From: an uncultured delta proteobacterium
GTDB lineage: Bacteria; Desulfobacterota; Desulfobacteria; Desulfobacterales; JAHEIW01
Direction: 5' to 3'
NCBI GenBank assembly: GCA_963706575.1
Contig: CAVPNL010000009.1
Location: 224,001 to 288,000, forward strand
Length of the DNA: 64,000 bases
Made by a program: the position numbers and the translations under genes. Below the pieces are notes generated by a model. That model was not told the origin of the DNA. It made no database searches and worked only from the letters and a program-made list of their open reading frames with translations. Shown here in pieces: positions 28,336-37,964 of this stretch; position 1 is the first letter of the stretch; each line of letters begins with the position of its first letter.

Positions 28336-28515
28336 TCATGAAACTTTTTGCTGACATTCGGGCGCGACCGAAGCGGCCTCAAGGATCAATTCAACGGCCA
28401 ATTCCGATGCGGTTTGATAAACGTATTCACACTCACTGCAATGGAATCCCTTTTTCCTGTTTGCCAGCGCTTTTTTTCCGGCAGCTTCAATGATGTTGCG
28501 GGTTTCTGTGCTCAT
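28336..28515 (-). pseudogene. internally deleted C-GCAxxG-C-C family protein
   Basis: N-terminal 'GFHCSE' is fused directly to C-terminal 'CEYVYQTASELAVELIL'; the central GGG/CGA core is absent (59 aa). Confidence 0.6.
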
Positions 28516-28595
28516 CTTCAATCTCTTTTTGCCTGCCTTCAAATGAGGCGGAAACGACGTGGTTGCCGTAAGATGTGAAAACACTTGCCTCGAAA

Positions 28596-29222
28596 CTAAA
28601 ATGAGGGCGGCGTCAGAATCCAGATAACTTCAATGCTGTCTCCATCAATGGCCCGCCAGGAATGCGGCACATGAGCCGGATAATAGAGGGTATCTCCTTC
28701 TTCGAGTCGATACACCTCCTGACCGACGCGCAACTCCAGGATGCCTTTCATCACCATGCAAAGCTTTTCGCCGGGGGAGTCCAGCATCGGCTCTTCACCT
28801 GAATTTTCATCCTTGGTAACGCGCATATGCATGACTTCCAATTTACGCTTCATGTCGGGCGTCATGAGGTCGTAGACCACATTTGATCCGGGCAGGGCAA
28901 TGCGTTTGCGCTTTTCGGCACGAACGACGGCAACGTCTTTGATATACGAATTGTCGTTTAATACATACTCAGCCGGACGATTATTATACCCCCAGCTTTC
29001 ATCAGCACCCTGTCCGTTGGGGAATAAATTGACAACGCTGTAGCCGAACTGGGCGGCAATTTTTTTGAGCGAAGTGATCGAAGGCTCGGCATTTCCGCGC
29101 TCAATTTGGCTCAGAAAGCTTTTTGAAAGACCTGTTTTTTCAGAAAACTGCTCCAGGGTCCACTGGCGCTGCTGTCTTTCTTTCCGGATTTGTTTTCCGA
29201 GCTCAAGCAGGGTATCTGGCAT
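28596..29222 (-). CDS. XRE-HTH + cupin transcriptional regulator (PuuR/SutR-like)
   Basis: 'TLEQFSEKTGLSKSFLSQIERG' and C-terminal cupin 'GDTLYYPAHVPHSW'. Confidence 0.92.
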   Translation of the reverse strand: MPDTLLELGKQIRKERQQRQWTLEQFSEKTGLSKSFLSQIERGNAEPSITSLKKIAAQFGYSVVNLFPNGQGADESWGYNNRPAEYVLNDNSYIKDVAVVRAEKRKRIALPGSNVVYDLMTPDMKRKLEVMHMRVTKDENSGEEPMLDSPGEKLCMVMKGILELRVGQEVYRLEEGDTLYYPAHVPHSWRAIDGDSIEVIWILTPPSF

Positions 29223-29692
29223 GAAAAAACCTCCGATTTTCATGAGATGAAAAATTGCGCTAAACATAAAAAACATAAATCCACGATTTCGTCAAGCGCC
29301 ACTTTTTATTTCTTGATCGAAGCGCTAATGATGGGGATGTTTTATTAATACAATAATTACAATATTTTAAATTGTTTCTGCAAACAAATATTGTTTTTTA
29401 CTTCTTTTAAACATCCACCTGGCAGCAAGGGGTTTGGTTTGCCGACCGGCTCAATCAAATCCTTTCTGAGAAAACTATTTTTCTTGACATCGAATTTTCT
29501 CATTGTTAATTGCATCAGATAGCATCCTGTGGTTTCCAATTTCGCCTACGGGATCATTTGCAATTGACACCGAGTCCATTGTCCAATATCCAACACCGCC
29601 AATCCGTGCTCCAAGCACAGGGGTATTTTCATAACAGCAGTCATTTTTTACTTGAACCATCAAACCCAACCCATTTTGATAAGGAGGATGCC

Positions 29693-30961
29693 ATGGGATA
29701 CGATCTGGATACCTATTTTATTGAAAAACCGCATGAGACCAGTCCCCGTCGTCTTTACAGCCAGACCGGTGCCGATTGGCAATACCGCGTGGATTTCGAC
29801 CGGCTGCGCAGCGACCGCCTGCAGCGCACCCGGGAGCAAATGGATGCCATGGACCTGGGCGCTCTGGTCCTTTATGCCGGGGCCAATATCCGTTATGTGA
29901 CCGGTTCTTATCAGGGCAACTGGAAGTACAATATCAACATTCGCTATGTGGTTTTGACCAATGGCGGTGAGCCCATTTTATTTGAAACCGCCGGATCCGA
30001 TATGCATTGCGCCCGCATCGATTTGCCCTGGATGGCGGACCGTGTTCGCCCGGCGATTACCTGGCAGTGGGCCGAAGGCGCCGTTCCTCACATGGCCGCC
30101 AGAATGGTCGACAGCGTTGTTGAGGTCCTCAAGGAGGCCGGGGTCGAAAAAGAAAAAATCGGGATCGACAATCTGGATATGCCGTCGCTGCAGGCCTATC
30201 AGGAACGCAAGATCAATATCGTCAACGGCTGGCCGGCCCTGTCGAAGGCCCGCACCATAAAAACCCGTGATGAAATCGAATTGCTCAAACAGGCCTCTTC
30301 GATCGGCGATGCCGCCATGTGGAAGATTAAATACGAATGGCTCAAACCGGGTGTGCGCGAGCGTGAGATCGAGGCCAAGGTGCATGAGTTTATGCTCGAG
30401 CGCGGGGCCGAAATCATCTATGATATTATTGTGGCATCCGGCGGCAACACCAGTCCCTATCGACGCTGGGCCACCGACAAGATGATCCGCCAGGGGGACC
30501 TGGTGATCGTTGATATCAATGCCGTGGGACCCTCCGGTTATTTTGTGGATTTTGTGCGCTGCTTTAAATGTGCCAGCAAGATGAACCAGCAGGAGATCGA
30601 CCTTTACCGTGAAGTTTACGATTCGATGTATGCCGGCATTGCGCAGCTGAAACCGGGCAACACCACCGCCGATGTGGCCGCCGCCTTTCCGAAATACGAT
30701 GATGATAAATACGGCACGGTCACCCTGCAGCAGTTTGCCCACAGCATCGGGATTACCCTTTACGAGGGCATGTGGATCTCGCGCGCCTATTCACTGGATC
30801 ATCCGGCCGAAATCAAAGAGAACATGTATTTTGCCGCTGAAACCTTTGCCGGCCATCCCGGCCTGCCGCAGACGACGCGCCTGGAAGAAAATGTGCTGGT
30901 TTCTGCCGATGGGCCGGTGGTTTTTACCCTGATGGAGCATATGGAAGAGGCAATGGGATAA
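29693..30961 (+). CDS. M24B (Xaa-Pro peptidase/creatinase fold) family enzyme
   Basis: Creatinase-N 'NIRYVTG'; metal ligands in 'VDINA..YFVD', 'AHSIG', 'AET', 'RLEE'; AAGGAGG RBS. Confidence 0.88.
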   Translation: MGYDLDTYFIEKPHETSPRRLYSQTGADWQYRVDFDRLRSDRLQRTREQMDAMDLGALVLYAGANIRYVTGSYQGNWKYNINIRYVVLTNGGEPILFETAGSDMHCARIDLPWMADRVRPAITWQWAEGAVPHMAARMVDSVVEVLKEAGVEKEKIGIDNLDMPSLQAYQERKINIVNGWPALSKARTIKTRDEIELLKQASSIGDAAMWKIKYEWLKPGVREREIEAKVHEFMLERGAEIIYDIIVASGGNTSPYRRWATDKMIRQGDLVIVDINAVGPSGYFVDFVRCFKCASKMNQQEIDLYREVYDSMYAGIAQLKPGNTTADVAAAFPKYDDDKYGTVTLQQFAHSIGITLYEGMWISRAYSLDHPAEIKENMYFAAETFAGHPGLPQTTRLEENVLVSADGPVVFTLMEHMEEAMG

Positions 30962-30974
30962 TTAAGGATATCTT

Positions 30975-31749
30975 ATGAACAGAGATTGGAGCAGTTTTGG
31001 CCTCGAGGATCAAATTGCCATTGTTACCGGCGCTTCCCAGGGGATCGGACGGACACTGGCCATTGCGCTGGCGCAGGCCGGCGCAGATGTCGCCCTGGTC
31101 AGCCGCACCCGATCCGACCTGGAGGCGGTTGCCAAAGAAATCGAAGCCGCCGGCCGCAACGCATTGGTGATTGCCCGCCGATATTCAAGATGTGTCCCAG
31201 ATTCGAAAGACAGTTGATGCGGTTCACACGACCTTTGGCAGAATTGATATTTTGATTAACAATGCGGCCTGGACCGCAACGGTAGAAGCACTGGAGGCCA
31301 CCGAAGAAGAATGGGACCAGACCCTGGATACCAGCTTAAAGGCCATTTTTTTTGCCAGCCAGGCGGTGGCCAAAATTATGATTCAACAGGGTCGCGGCAA
31401 GATCGTCAACATCGGATCAACCCTGGGCCGGACCGCCTTTGCCAAACGCTCGGTTTATGGTGCGGCCAAGGCCGGCGTTCACCAGCTGACCCGTGTGCTG
31501 GCCCTGGAGTGGTCTGCCAAAGGCATAAGCGTCAACGCCGTTGCCCCCTGTATTACGGAAACGCCGACCCGTCGGGAATTGTTTGAACGTCCGGGTTACA
31601 AGGAATGGGCCACCGGACAAATGCTTCCGATCGGACGCTGGGCCCAGCCCGAAGACCTCATCGGTGCTACTTTATTTTTGTGCAGTTCTTTATCCGACAT
31701 GGTCGTCGGCCATGTTTTAATGGTGGACGGCGGGTGGACCATCCATTAG
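30975..31749 (+). CDS. SDR-family oxidoreductase (gluconate 5-DH/KduD-like), one +1 frameshift near 31173
   Basis: 'TGASQGIG' in the first ORF; 'NNA', 'YGAAK', 'VDGG' in the second. Confidence 0.88.
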
Positions 31750-31892
31750 AACCCATCTCAAAAATGTCTTTTGGCCCAATATCTTTGTTGGTGCCTCGTT
31801 TCTAATCCTCGACATACCACGGTATGCCTGCGGTTAGAAACTCGGCCCCGCCGCGATCTTGAACCAAAATCCTATTTTTGAGAAGGGTTCTA
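31747..31892. mobile_element. 146-bp MITE-like element (type-1 ends) whose terminal TA is part of the SDR TAG stop
   Basis: TAGAACCCATCTCAAAAAT ... ATTTTTGAGAAGGGTTCTA, with central hairpin CATACC-AC-GGTATG. Confidence 0.8.
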
Positions 31893-31926
31893 GTTTATAA
31901 GCAGAAATGATTCGGGGGAGATCATC

Positions 31927-32364
31927 ATGCCGCAAAAGTATCGATACATCAAAAAGCCGTCCTGGCTGGGAGACGAAGGGCCCCTTTATGAGCATGAGGG
32001 TTTGAACGAGACGCTGCGGGTATTGTTTGACCAGCAAACAAATAACGTCAAACAGATCAGTGTCTGGGAAACGACCTTTCCACCCGGCGCCGGCATTCCG
32101 CTGCACAAACATCCGCACCCGGTTGAAGAACTGCTCTATGTATTGCGCGGCAAAGGCATCGAAACCGTCGGCGATGAGCAGCGCGAAGTGGGACCGGGAA
32201 CCGCGATATTCATTCCGCCGGAGGTGGAGCACCGGATTGAAAACACAGGGGATGAGATGCTGGTATTGCTGGTGGTCGTATCGCCTCCCGGAATTGTGGA
32301 AGAAAATCTTTTTCAGAAAAGAATAAAAAAGGCTACCCAGGTCTGGCAAAAGGAATATTTTTAA
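31927..32364 (+). CDS. cupin domain protein
   Basis: 'IPLHKHPHPVEELLYVLRGKG' ... 'FIPPEVEHRIEN'. Confidence 0.88.
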   Translation: MPQKYRYIKKPSWLGDEGPLYEHEGLNETLRVLFDQQTNNVKQISVWETTFPPGAGIPLHKHPHPVEELLYVLRGKGIETVGDEQREVGPGTAIFIPPEVEHRIENTGDEMLVLLVVVSPPGIVEENLFQKRIKKATQVWQKEYF

Positions 32365-32457
32365 TCGATCTTGCCTTTTTGAAAACCACGTGAAATAAAC
32401 CAAACGTGACTTTTATACTATATTTGTTGGACATGATAATAGCGGTGGAGAACGAAA

Positions 32458-33306
32458 ATGCAAAAACTCAGTAAGGACAAGAAAATAGAGCTGGAAAAGA
32501 TTGCGGTCCAAAACCGTAAAAATGTTCTGCGGCTGATGAAGGCCGGTCGTATGGGGCATATCGGCGGGGCCCTATCAGCCATTGACATCATGACGGCGCT
32601 TTACTTTGACATCATGCGGGTTGATTCGCAAAACCCGGACTGGCCGCAGCGCGATCGATTCGTGCTCTCGGCCGGCCATAAGTGCCTGGCGCTTTATGCA
32701 ACCCTTGCAGAAAAGGGGTTTTTTGATCACGAGATCCTCGACACTTACGGTTCGCTGTGTTCGAAATTAGGGGGCCACCCGGATATGCATAAAGTGCCCG
32801 GTGTTGAAACCAATACCGGCGCTCTGGGACACGGGCTTTCAATTGCCGGCGGCATGGCCCTGGGGCTGAAAATGGACGGCCTCGATGCCAGGGTGTATGT
32901 GGTCATGGGAGATGGCGAGCTGGCCGAAGGGTCAAACTGGGAGGCGGCCGCCGCGGCCAGTCACCACAAACTCGACAACCTGCTCGTTTTTGTTGACCGC
33001 AACCATCTGCAGATCAGCGGCCCGACGGTCGATGTCATGAACTATGAACCGCTTGACAAAAGATGGCAGGCATTCGGCTGGGGTGTGCGTGAAATCGATG
33101 GGCATGATATGCAACAGATTGTCGAGAATGCGACGGACATCCCCTTCGAAAAGGGCAAGCCTTCGGTGATCATCGCCGATACGGTAAAATCCAAAGGGCT
33201 GTCTTTCGCAGAAAACAAGGTCGACTACCACTACTGGAAGGCCACCGATGAGGATCTTAAAATCGCAGAACAGGAGCTTAACAAGATCGAAGAGGGGATA
33301 AGCTGA
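32458..33306 (+). CDS. split transketolase, N-terminal (TPP-binding) subunit
   Basis: 'GHIGG', 'RDRFVLSAGH', 'GHPD', 'GDGELAEGSNWEA', 'DGHD'. Confidence 0.93.
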   Translation: MQKLSKDKKIELEKIAVQNRKNVLRLMKAGRMGHIGGALSAIDIMTALYFDIMRVDSQNPDWPQRDRFVLSAGHKCLALYATLAEKGFFDHEILDTYGSLCSKLGGHPDMHKVPGVETNTGALGHGLSIAGGMALGLKMDGLDARVYVVMGDGELAEGSNWEAAAAASHHKLDNLLVFVDRNHLQISGPTVDVMNYEPLDKRWQAFGWGVREIDGHDMQQIVENATDIPFEKGKPSVIIADTVKSKGLSFAENKVDYHYWKATDEDLKIAEQELNKIEEGIS

Positions 33307-34238
33307 TGGAAGATTTAAGAGACCCGCGCAAAACGTTAGGTGAAGCGCTGGTGGCGGCGGCGGAAAAAAATAAAAAGATTGTGGCCATCTCGGCCGATAG
33401 CTCAAGCGGATCGGGACTGACCCCTTTCCATGAGCGCTTTCCCGAGCGCCACATCGAGTTCGGCATTATGGAGCAGGGGGTCATGGGTTTTTCTGCCGGC
33501 CTGGCCACTACGGGCAAGATTCCTTTTGTGGTCGCCATCGCTCCCTTTGTGACGGCGCGGCCGTTTGAAATGTTTAGAAACGATCTGGGCTACATGCGGC
33601 AAAATGTCAAGGTGGTGGGGCGCTGCGCCGGGCTGACCTATTCCGATCTGGGAGCGACACATCAATCACTGGATGATATTGCCATTGTCAGAACCATCCC
33701 GGGTGTTACAGTTCTCAACCCGGGGGATCCGGTCGATATCGTCAAGGCGGTCCACGCGGCCGCCGCGCATGTCGGGCCGGTTTATATCAAGCTGGGCAGT
33801 CCCAAGATGCCTGTTCTCATGGACGAAAACTATCCCTTCCAAATCGGCAAGGGTGTTGTCATGGAGGAGGGAAATGACATCACCATCATTGGAACCGGCA
33901 CGGTGCTGTCCAAGGCCGCCGAAGCCACCCGCATCCTCAAGGAAAGGGGGATTCAGGCGCGCCTGATAAACCTGCATACCATCAAGCCCCTCGACCGCGA
34001 GCTCGTTGTAAAGGCCGCCCGGGAGACGGGCAAAATCGTGACGGTCGAAGAAGGCTATCTGGCCGGGGGACTGGGCAGCTGTATTGCCGAGTTTCTGGCC
34101 ACCGAACACCCGGTGCCCATGAAAATGATCGGCATCGACGATCTGTTCTGCGATACGGGTCCTTACGAGGAACTGCTTGCCATGTACGGTCTCCAGGGAG
34201 ATAAGATCGCTGACACGGTTGAAAAATTTCTGGCTTAA
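33306..34238 (+). CDS. split transketolase, C-terminal subunit
   Basis: 'FPERHIEFGIMEQ', 'GATHQSLDD', 'TIKPLD', 'TVEE'; 1-nt overlap with the N-subunit gene. Confidence 0.93.
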   Translation: MEDLRDPRKTLGEALVAAAEKNKKIVAISADSSSGSGLTPFHERFPERHIEFGIMEQGVMGFSAGLATTGKIPFVVAIAPFVTARPFEMFRNDLGYMRQNVKVVGRCAGLTYSDLGATHQSLDDIAIVRTIPGVTVLNPGDPVDIVKAVHAAAAHVGPVYIKLGSPKMPVLMDENYPFQIGKGVVMEEGNDITIIGTGTVLSKAAEATRILKERGIQARLINLHTIKPLDRELVVKAARETGKIVTVEEGYLAGGLGSCIAEFLATEHPVPMKMIGIDDLFCDTGPYEELLAMYGLQGDKIADTVEKFLA

Positions 34239-34879
34239 TATCCTAGATCCTCACCTATCAACTTGACATGAATGCGGTTTTGGATCATGTGGCCCTCGAT
34301 GATGCTCCACATGTTGCAGAGCCGCTGGGGAGTTTTGCAGTCACTGCACAGCCCTGTTTCAACACAGGGATTTTTTACGCCCATGCGGATGTTGTTAATG
34401 GGGGCCGCACGGTGCTTCACTCTGGCCATAGCGGATTCCAGGTCGGGGGCGACCTTGTTCATGCCCACCAGCAGAATAACCTTTTTAGGCCCGAATGCCA
34501 TGGCTGCCACGCGATTGCCCATGCCGTCCAGATTAACCAATTTTCCGTCCAAGGTGATGGCGTTAGAGCTGGCAAGCATGACATCGGCGGTCAATCCCTG
34601 ACGCCGCAGTTCCAGGCCTTCTTCCGGTTTTAGCTCCGGCTGATAGGGGTCGATCAGTTTAACTTCCGGCAATTTCGCGATGTCCTCCAAGAGTCCCATT
34701 CCAACTGATGTCATGGAGCCGCAGCGAAAGACCGTTGCTCCCTGGGGAATCATCGCCAGGACCTCTTCTTTGGCCTGAGCGCCAGTGGGTGCGTAGCTGC
34801 CTTCCATACGGCGCTTCTCCAGATTTTTAATAATTTGCGTGGCTACTTTTTCGTGCCAAACGACTTGTGGTTCCGCCAT
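34235..34879 (-). CDS. LUD-domain (lactate utilization LutC/YkgG-like) protein
   Basis: 'SSNAITLDGKLVNLDGMGNRVAA', 'GPKKV', 'PCVETGLCSDC..RLC'. Confidence 0.88.
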   Translation of the reverse strand: MAEPQVVWHEKVATQIIKNLEKRRMEGSYAPTGAQAKEEVLAMIPQGATVFRCGSMTSVGMGLLEDIAKLPEVKLIDPYQPELKPEEGLELRRQGLTADVMLASSNAITLDGKLVNLDGMGNRVAAMAFGPKKVILLVGMNKVAPDLESAMARVKHRAAPINNIRMGVKNPCVETGLCSDCKTPQRLCNMWSIIEGHMIQNRIHVKLIGEDLGY

Positions 34880-34910
34880 GAGTGTTCTCCTTTTTTTACG
34901 GTGTGAAATA

Positions 34911-35045
34911 AAATTTTAGGCCTCACGCAAAGACGCAAAGGCGCCAAGGGTTTTTAGATTATGATTCTTTGCGACTTTGCGGCTTTGCGTGAGCAACAAT
35001 AAAAATGGATTAAATTCCGTTTTAACTTTAGTCACTCTGATTTAC
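34911..35045. repeat. CGCAAAG-arm element inside a degenerate TAAAGTG element
   Basis: cctcacgcaaagacgcaaaggcgccaag..tctttgcgactttgcggctttgcgtgag..aattcc..aactttagtcact. Confidence 0.8.
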
Positions 35046-35407
35046 TTTACCTCAAAAAAGTCCGCCGACAGCGGCGGGCAGGTGTAAAATTCTAGGTATC
35101 GAAAATCCTGCTCGGACCGATTGACGGTCATATGTTTCTCCCCGGGGGCGATATGAAAAATGGTACCGGCCGGGAATGGATATTCCTGCTTTTCCACAAC
35201 CTCTATGGCCTTGCCGCTGATGGCAATAATAACGGATTCGCGGTTTTTGTGATAATGATAGGGAATCTGCTTGCCGGGCGGCAGCAAACCCAACATGCCG
35301 CCCATATCTTTGGCGCCGTCTGCAGCGGTTAATATCTCGGGCCGATAGATTTGCCCGGGCTCCGGATTCTCCTGGGTGATATAATCTTCAAATTTAAAGA
35401 TCTTCAT
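35042..35407 (-). CDS. cupin domain protein
   Basis: 'IPYHYHKNRES' ... 'APGEKHMTVN'. Confidence 0.85.
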   Translation of the reverse strand: MKIFKFEDYITQENPEPGQIYRPEILTAADGAKDMGGMLGLLPPGKQIPYHYHKNRESVIIAISGKAIEVVEKQEYPFPAGTIFHIAPGEKHMTVNRSEQDFRYLEFYTCPPLSADFFEVK

Positions 35408-35420
35408 CGTTTTCCCTTTT

Positions 35421-35450
35421 TCTTTGCGAGCTTAGCGGCTTTGCGTGAGG
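35421..35450. repeat. lone right arm of the CGCAAAG element
   Basis: tctttgcgagcttagcggctttgcgtgagg is inverse-complementary to 34920-34948. Confidence 0.7.
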
Positions 35451-35460
35451 ACAAATCTTC

Positions 35461-35817
35461 TTATAGCTGCACTTCTTCATCCTCCGGCGGCGCCTTAATC
35501 ACGATCGCCCGCAGCGATTCCGCATCGCTCAGATTCCAGGTCATATGTTGTTCGCCGGCGCCGATAAATACGACCGAACCCGGTCCGATTTCCCTTTTTT
35601 CTTCCTGGGTTTGTGCCATCCCTTTTCCGGAGAGCACAAAGATGACTTCTTCCTGATGCGGATGAACGTGTTTTTTGTGGACATGGCCGGGCAGCCATTC
35701 GGTGATTTTGACTTTTACCTTTTTGGCCCCGACGGTCTGGGGATTGACAAGTTCTTTGGTCAGCCCCCAGGCGACCTTTTCAAATTGGACATCTTCTTCC
35801 TTCAAAATTTTTGCCAT
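35461..35817 (-). CDS. cupin domain protein
   Basis: 'HVHPHQEEVIFVLSGKG' ... 'GAGEQHMTWN'. Confidence 0.87.
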   Translation of the reverse strand: MAKILKEEDVQFEKVAWGLTKELVNPQTVGAKKVKVKITEWLPGHVHKKHVHPHQEEVIFVLSGKGMAQTQEEKREIGPGSVVFIGAGEQHMTWNLSDAESLRAIVIKAPPEDEEVQL

Positions 35818-35830
35818 CCGCAAATCTCCT

Positions 35831-37693
35831 TTATGGTGTCAGATAGGGCATGGCCCATTCCAGATCCAGGGCCGTCAGGCAGGCTTGGGTGGGTATGCCA
35901 TCTTGATCCCAGCCCAGCAGCTGATAGTATGTTTCAACGGCTTCCCTGTGGGCCGCGGGATCAATTTTAATGCCTTTTAACGGCCCCTCCTGCGGGGCGG
36001 TGTGGAAGCGTTCCGGAAGCCGGTCGTCATCCCGTGTGAACCCTTCCCGCAGGTTAAATATACGCATAAGCGTCATGCCGCGTTCAACCGCCTTCATCAG
36101 CTTCCAGGTGGTTGCCGGCCAGCCGGTGACGGCTTCAACGGCGTCTCTTAGCTCGCTGATATTCCAGGGCACAAAACTGCACACCCCCAGGGAATTGGGC
36201 ATTTCTTTATAAAGGCCCAGCTCATAGGCCATCCGGGCCTTGCGCGGACTCAGTTCGGTCGGCGCCAGATCTTGCGCCAGGTGGATGCGCTGCCAGTTAT
36301 CCATCAGGCTGGGAAGGATGTTGTCAATCGGGCCAGTGACATGGTCGGGGCCGACGGCATGCACGCTATAGTGAATACTGAGCCCCTGGTTTAAGCGCGG
36401 GGCGTGATAGGGAAGCTCCAACCCTTTTACCTGCATGGCATACTGGATGGCATTTTTCCCGATGATTTCAGCCGCCTTTTTGGACCCATTGGCCAGCAGG
36501 TCTCCAATGCCCTCGCGCCTGGCAATTTTTTCCACTAGCTCGAGCATGGCCGCTGAATTGCCGAAGTTAAGTTGTATTCCATCTGTTTCAACGGGGCCGA
36601 GCAGGCCATTTTCAAAACATTCCATGGCAAAAGCAATGGTGGCGCCGGTTGAAATGGTATCGATGCCATAACGATTGCAGATTTCATGGGCTTTGCAAAT
36701 GGCCTTCAGGTCATCAATCAACAGGTTGGGCCCAAAGGCCGCCAGGGTCTCATATTCCGGCCCGCCGTAGATGGAATCAATAGGCCAGGGAGCATCATTG
36801 ACATCAATTTTCTTTTTGCATTTAATGGGACAATTAAAGCAGCCTTCCATGCCAGTTCCAAATTCACGCATGACGGCGACGGCGCTGATCTTATCCACCT
36901 GCGGAAATTTTCCACCGGCGTAGTTGCGAATCGGCAAATTGCCGACGGCTTCAAAGGCATCCATGGCTCCGCCGGTGCCGTATTGTCGAAACGGCGAATT
37001 TTTATATCTGGCCTTCATCAGGCGGTTTAAAACCCGGATTTTTTCGGTATCGGCCGCCGCCGGCTTTTGACTCCCCTTGACGACAACCCCTTTGAGTTTT
37101 TTAGAGCCCATCACCGCGCCGAGACCGCAACGGCCAAAGGCATGCCGGCAGTCTGCGATGATATTGGCAAGGCGCACGCCATTTTCGCCACTGGGCCCGA
37201 TCAGCGCCGTTCGGTATTTTTTTTCGGCCAGATCGTGCTGGAACCATTCCATGCTGTCGCCGACCTCGGCACCCCAGATTTCAGCGGCATCCCGGATTTC
37301 AACCGTATCGTCATGAACCCACAGATAGACCGCGTGACTGGATTGGCCTTCGATGATGATGGCGTCGTAACCGGCCCGGCGCAGTTCGACACCCCACATG
37401 CCACCGGCTTCGGACTCGCCGCAGGCACCGGTCAACGGGGATTTGGCGCCCACGCTGCAGCGCCCGGTTCCGATCACGTCGTGCCCGGTTAAAAGCCCCA
37501 TCGCAAATATCAGTTTGTTTTCAGCGCCCAGGGGATCTGCTTTGGCGGGGGTTTCGGTCAGCAGGGTGTGCATAATGATGCCGCGGCCCCCCAGGTAACG
37601 CTGGTAATAGGTCTCATCCGGTTTTTCGATGGTAATGTCCCCGGTTGTCAGATTGACCCTCAGGAGCTTACCTGTATACCCAAAGTTACCCAT
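35831..37693 (-). CDS. aldehyde:ferredoxin oxidoreductase family (tungstopterin) enzyme
   Basis: 'GYTGKLLRVNL', 'YLGGRG', 'KSPLTG', 'GAVMGSKKLK', 'CFNCPIKC', 'PEYET', 'GIDTISTG'. Confidence 0.95.
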   Translation of the reverse strand: MGNFGYTGKLLRVNLTTGDITIEKPDETYYQRYLGGRGIIMHTLLTETPAKADPLGAENKLIFAMGLLTGHDVIGTGRCSVGAKSPLTGACGESEAGGMWGVELRRAGYDAIIIEGQSSHAVYLWVHDDTVEIRDAAEIWGAEVGDSMEWFQHDLAEKKYRTALIGPSGENGVRLANIIADCRHAFGRCGLGAVMGSKKLKGVVVKGSQKPAAADTEKIRVLNRLMKARYKNSPFRQYGTGGAMDAFEAVGNLPIRNYAGGKFPQVDKISAVAVMREFGTGMEGCFNCPIKCKKKIDVNDAPWPIDSIYGGPEYETLAAFGPNLLIDDLKAICKAHEICNRYGIDTISTGATIAFAMECFENGLLGPVETDGIQLNFGNSAAMLELVEKIARREGIGDLLANGSKKAAEIIGKNAIQYAMQVKGLELPYHAPRLNQGLSIHYSVHAVGPDHVTGPIDNILPSLMDNWQRIHLAQDLAPTELSPRKARMAYELGLYKEMPNSLGVCSFVPWNISELRDAVEAVTGWPATTWKLMKAVERGMTLMRIFNLREGFTRDDDRLPERFHTAPQEGPLKGIKIDPAAHREAVETYYQLLGWDQDGIPTQACLTALDLEWAMPYLTP

Positions 37694-37741
37694 ACTTACC
37701 TCATTTCGTTTGACAAGCAGTTGTCGGGTATTATACACAAA

Positions 37742-37774
37742 TTTACAATTGTGTAAAGTGTGCACAAATGTGCA
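37742..37774. promoter_or_regulatory. palindromic candidate operators in the AOR / KPR-like divergent promoter
   Basis: TTTAC-aattgt-GTAAA and TGCACA-aa-TGTGCA. Confidence 0.4.
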
Positions 37775-37855
37775 GAAAATAGATAAACAGTTTATATTTG
37801 TGCAATCTCATTCTGGCGGCGAAAACTAAAAATTTTTAGACTCATTTTACAAACC

Positions 37856-37934
37856 AACCACGAATACACGAAATTCGGGAAGCACAATAATTTATCAGTT
37901 ATTTTTCGTGTTTTTGTTCTTTCGTGCTTTCGTG
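37856..37934. repeat. inverted-arm element of CACGAA units
   Basis: ccacgaatacacgaaa ... tttcgtgttttt..tttcgtgctttcgtg. Confidence 0.7.
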
Positions 37935-37964
37935 ATGAGAAAGTCTTTGATCTTGGAGGAAATC

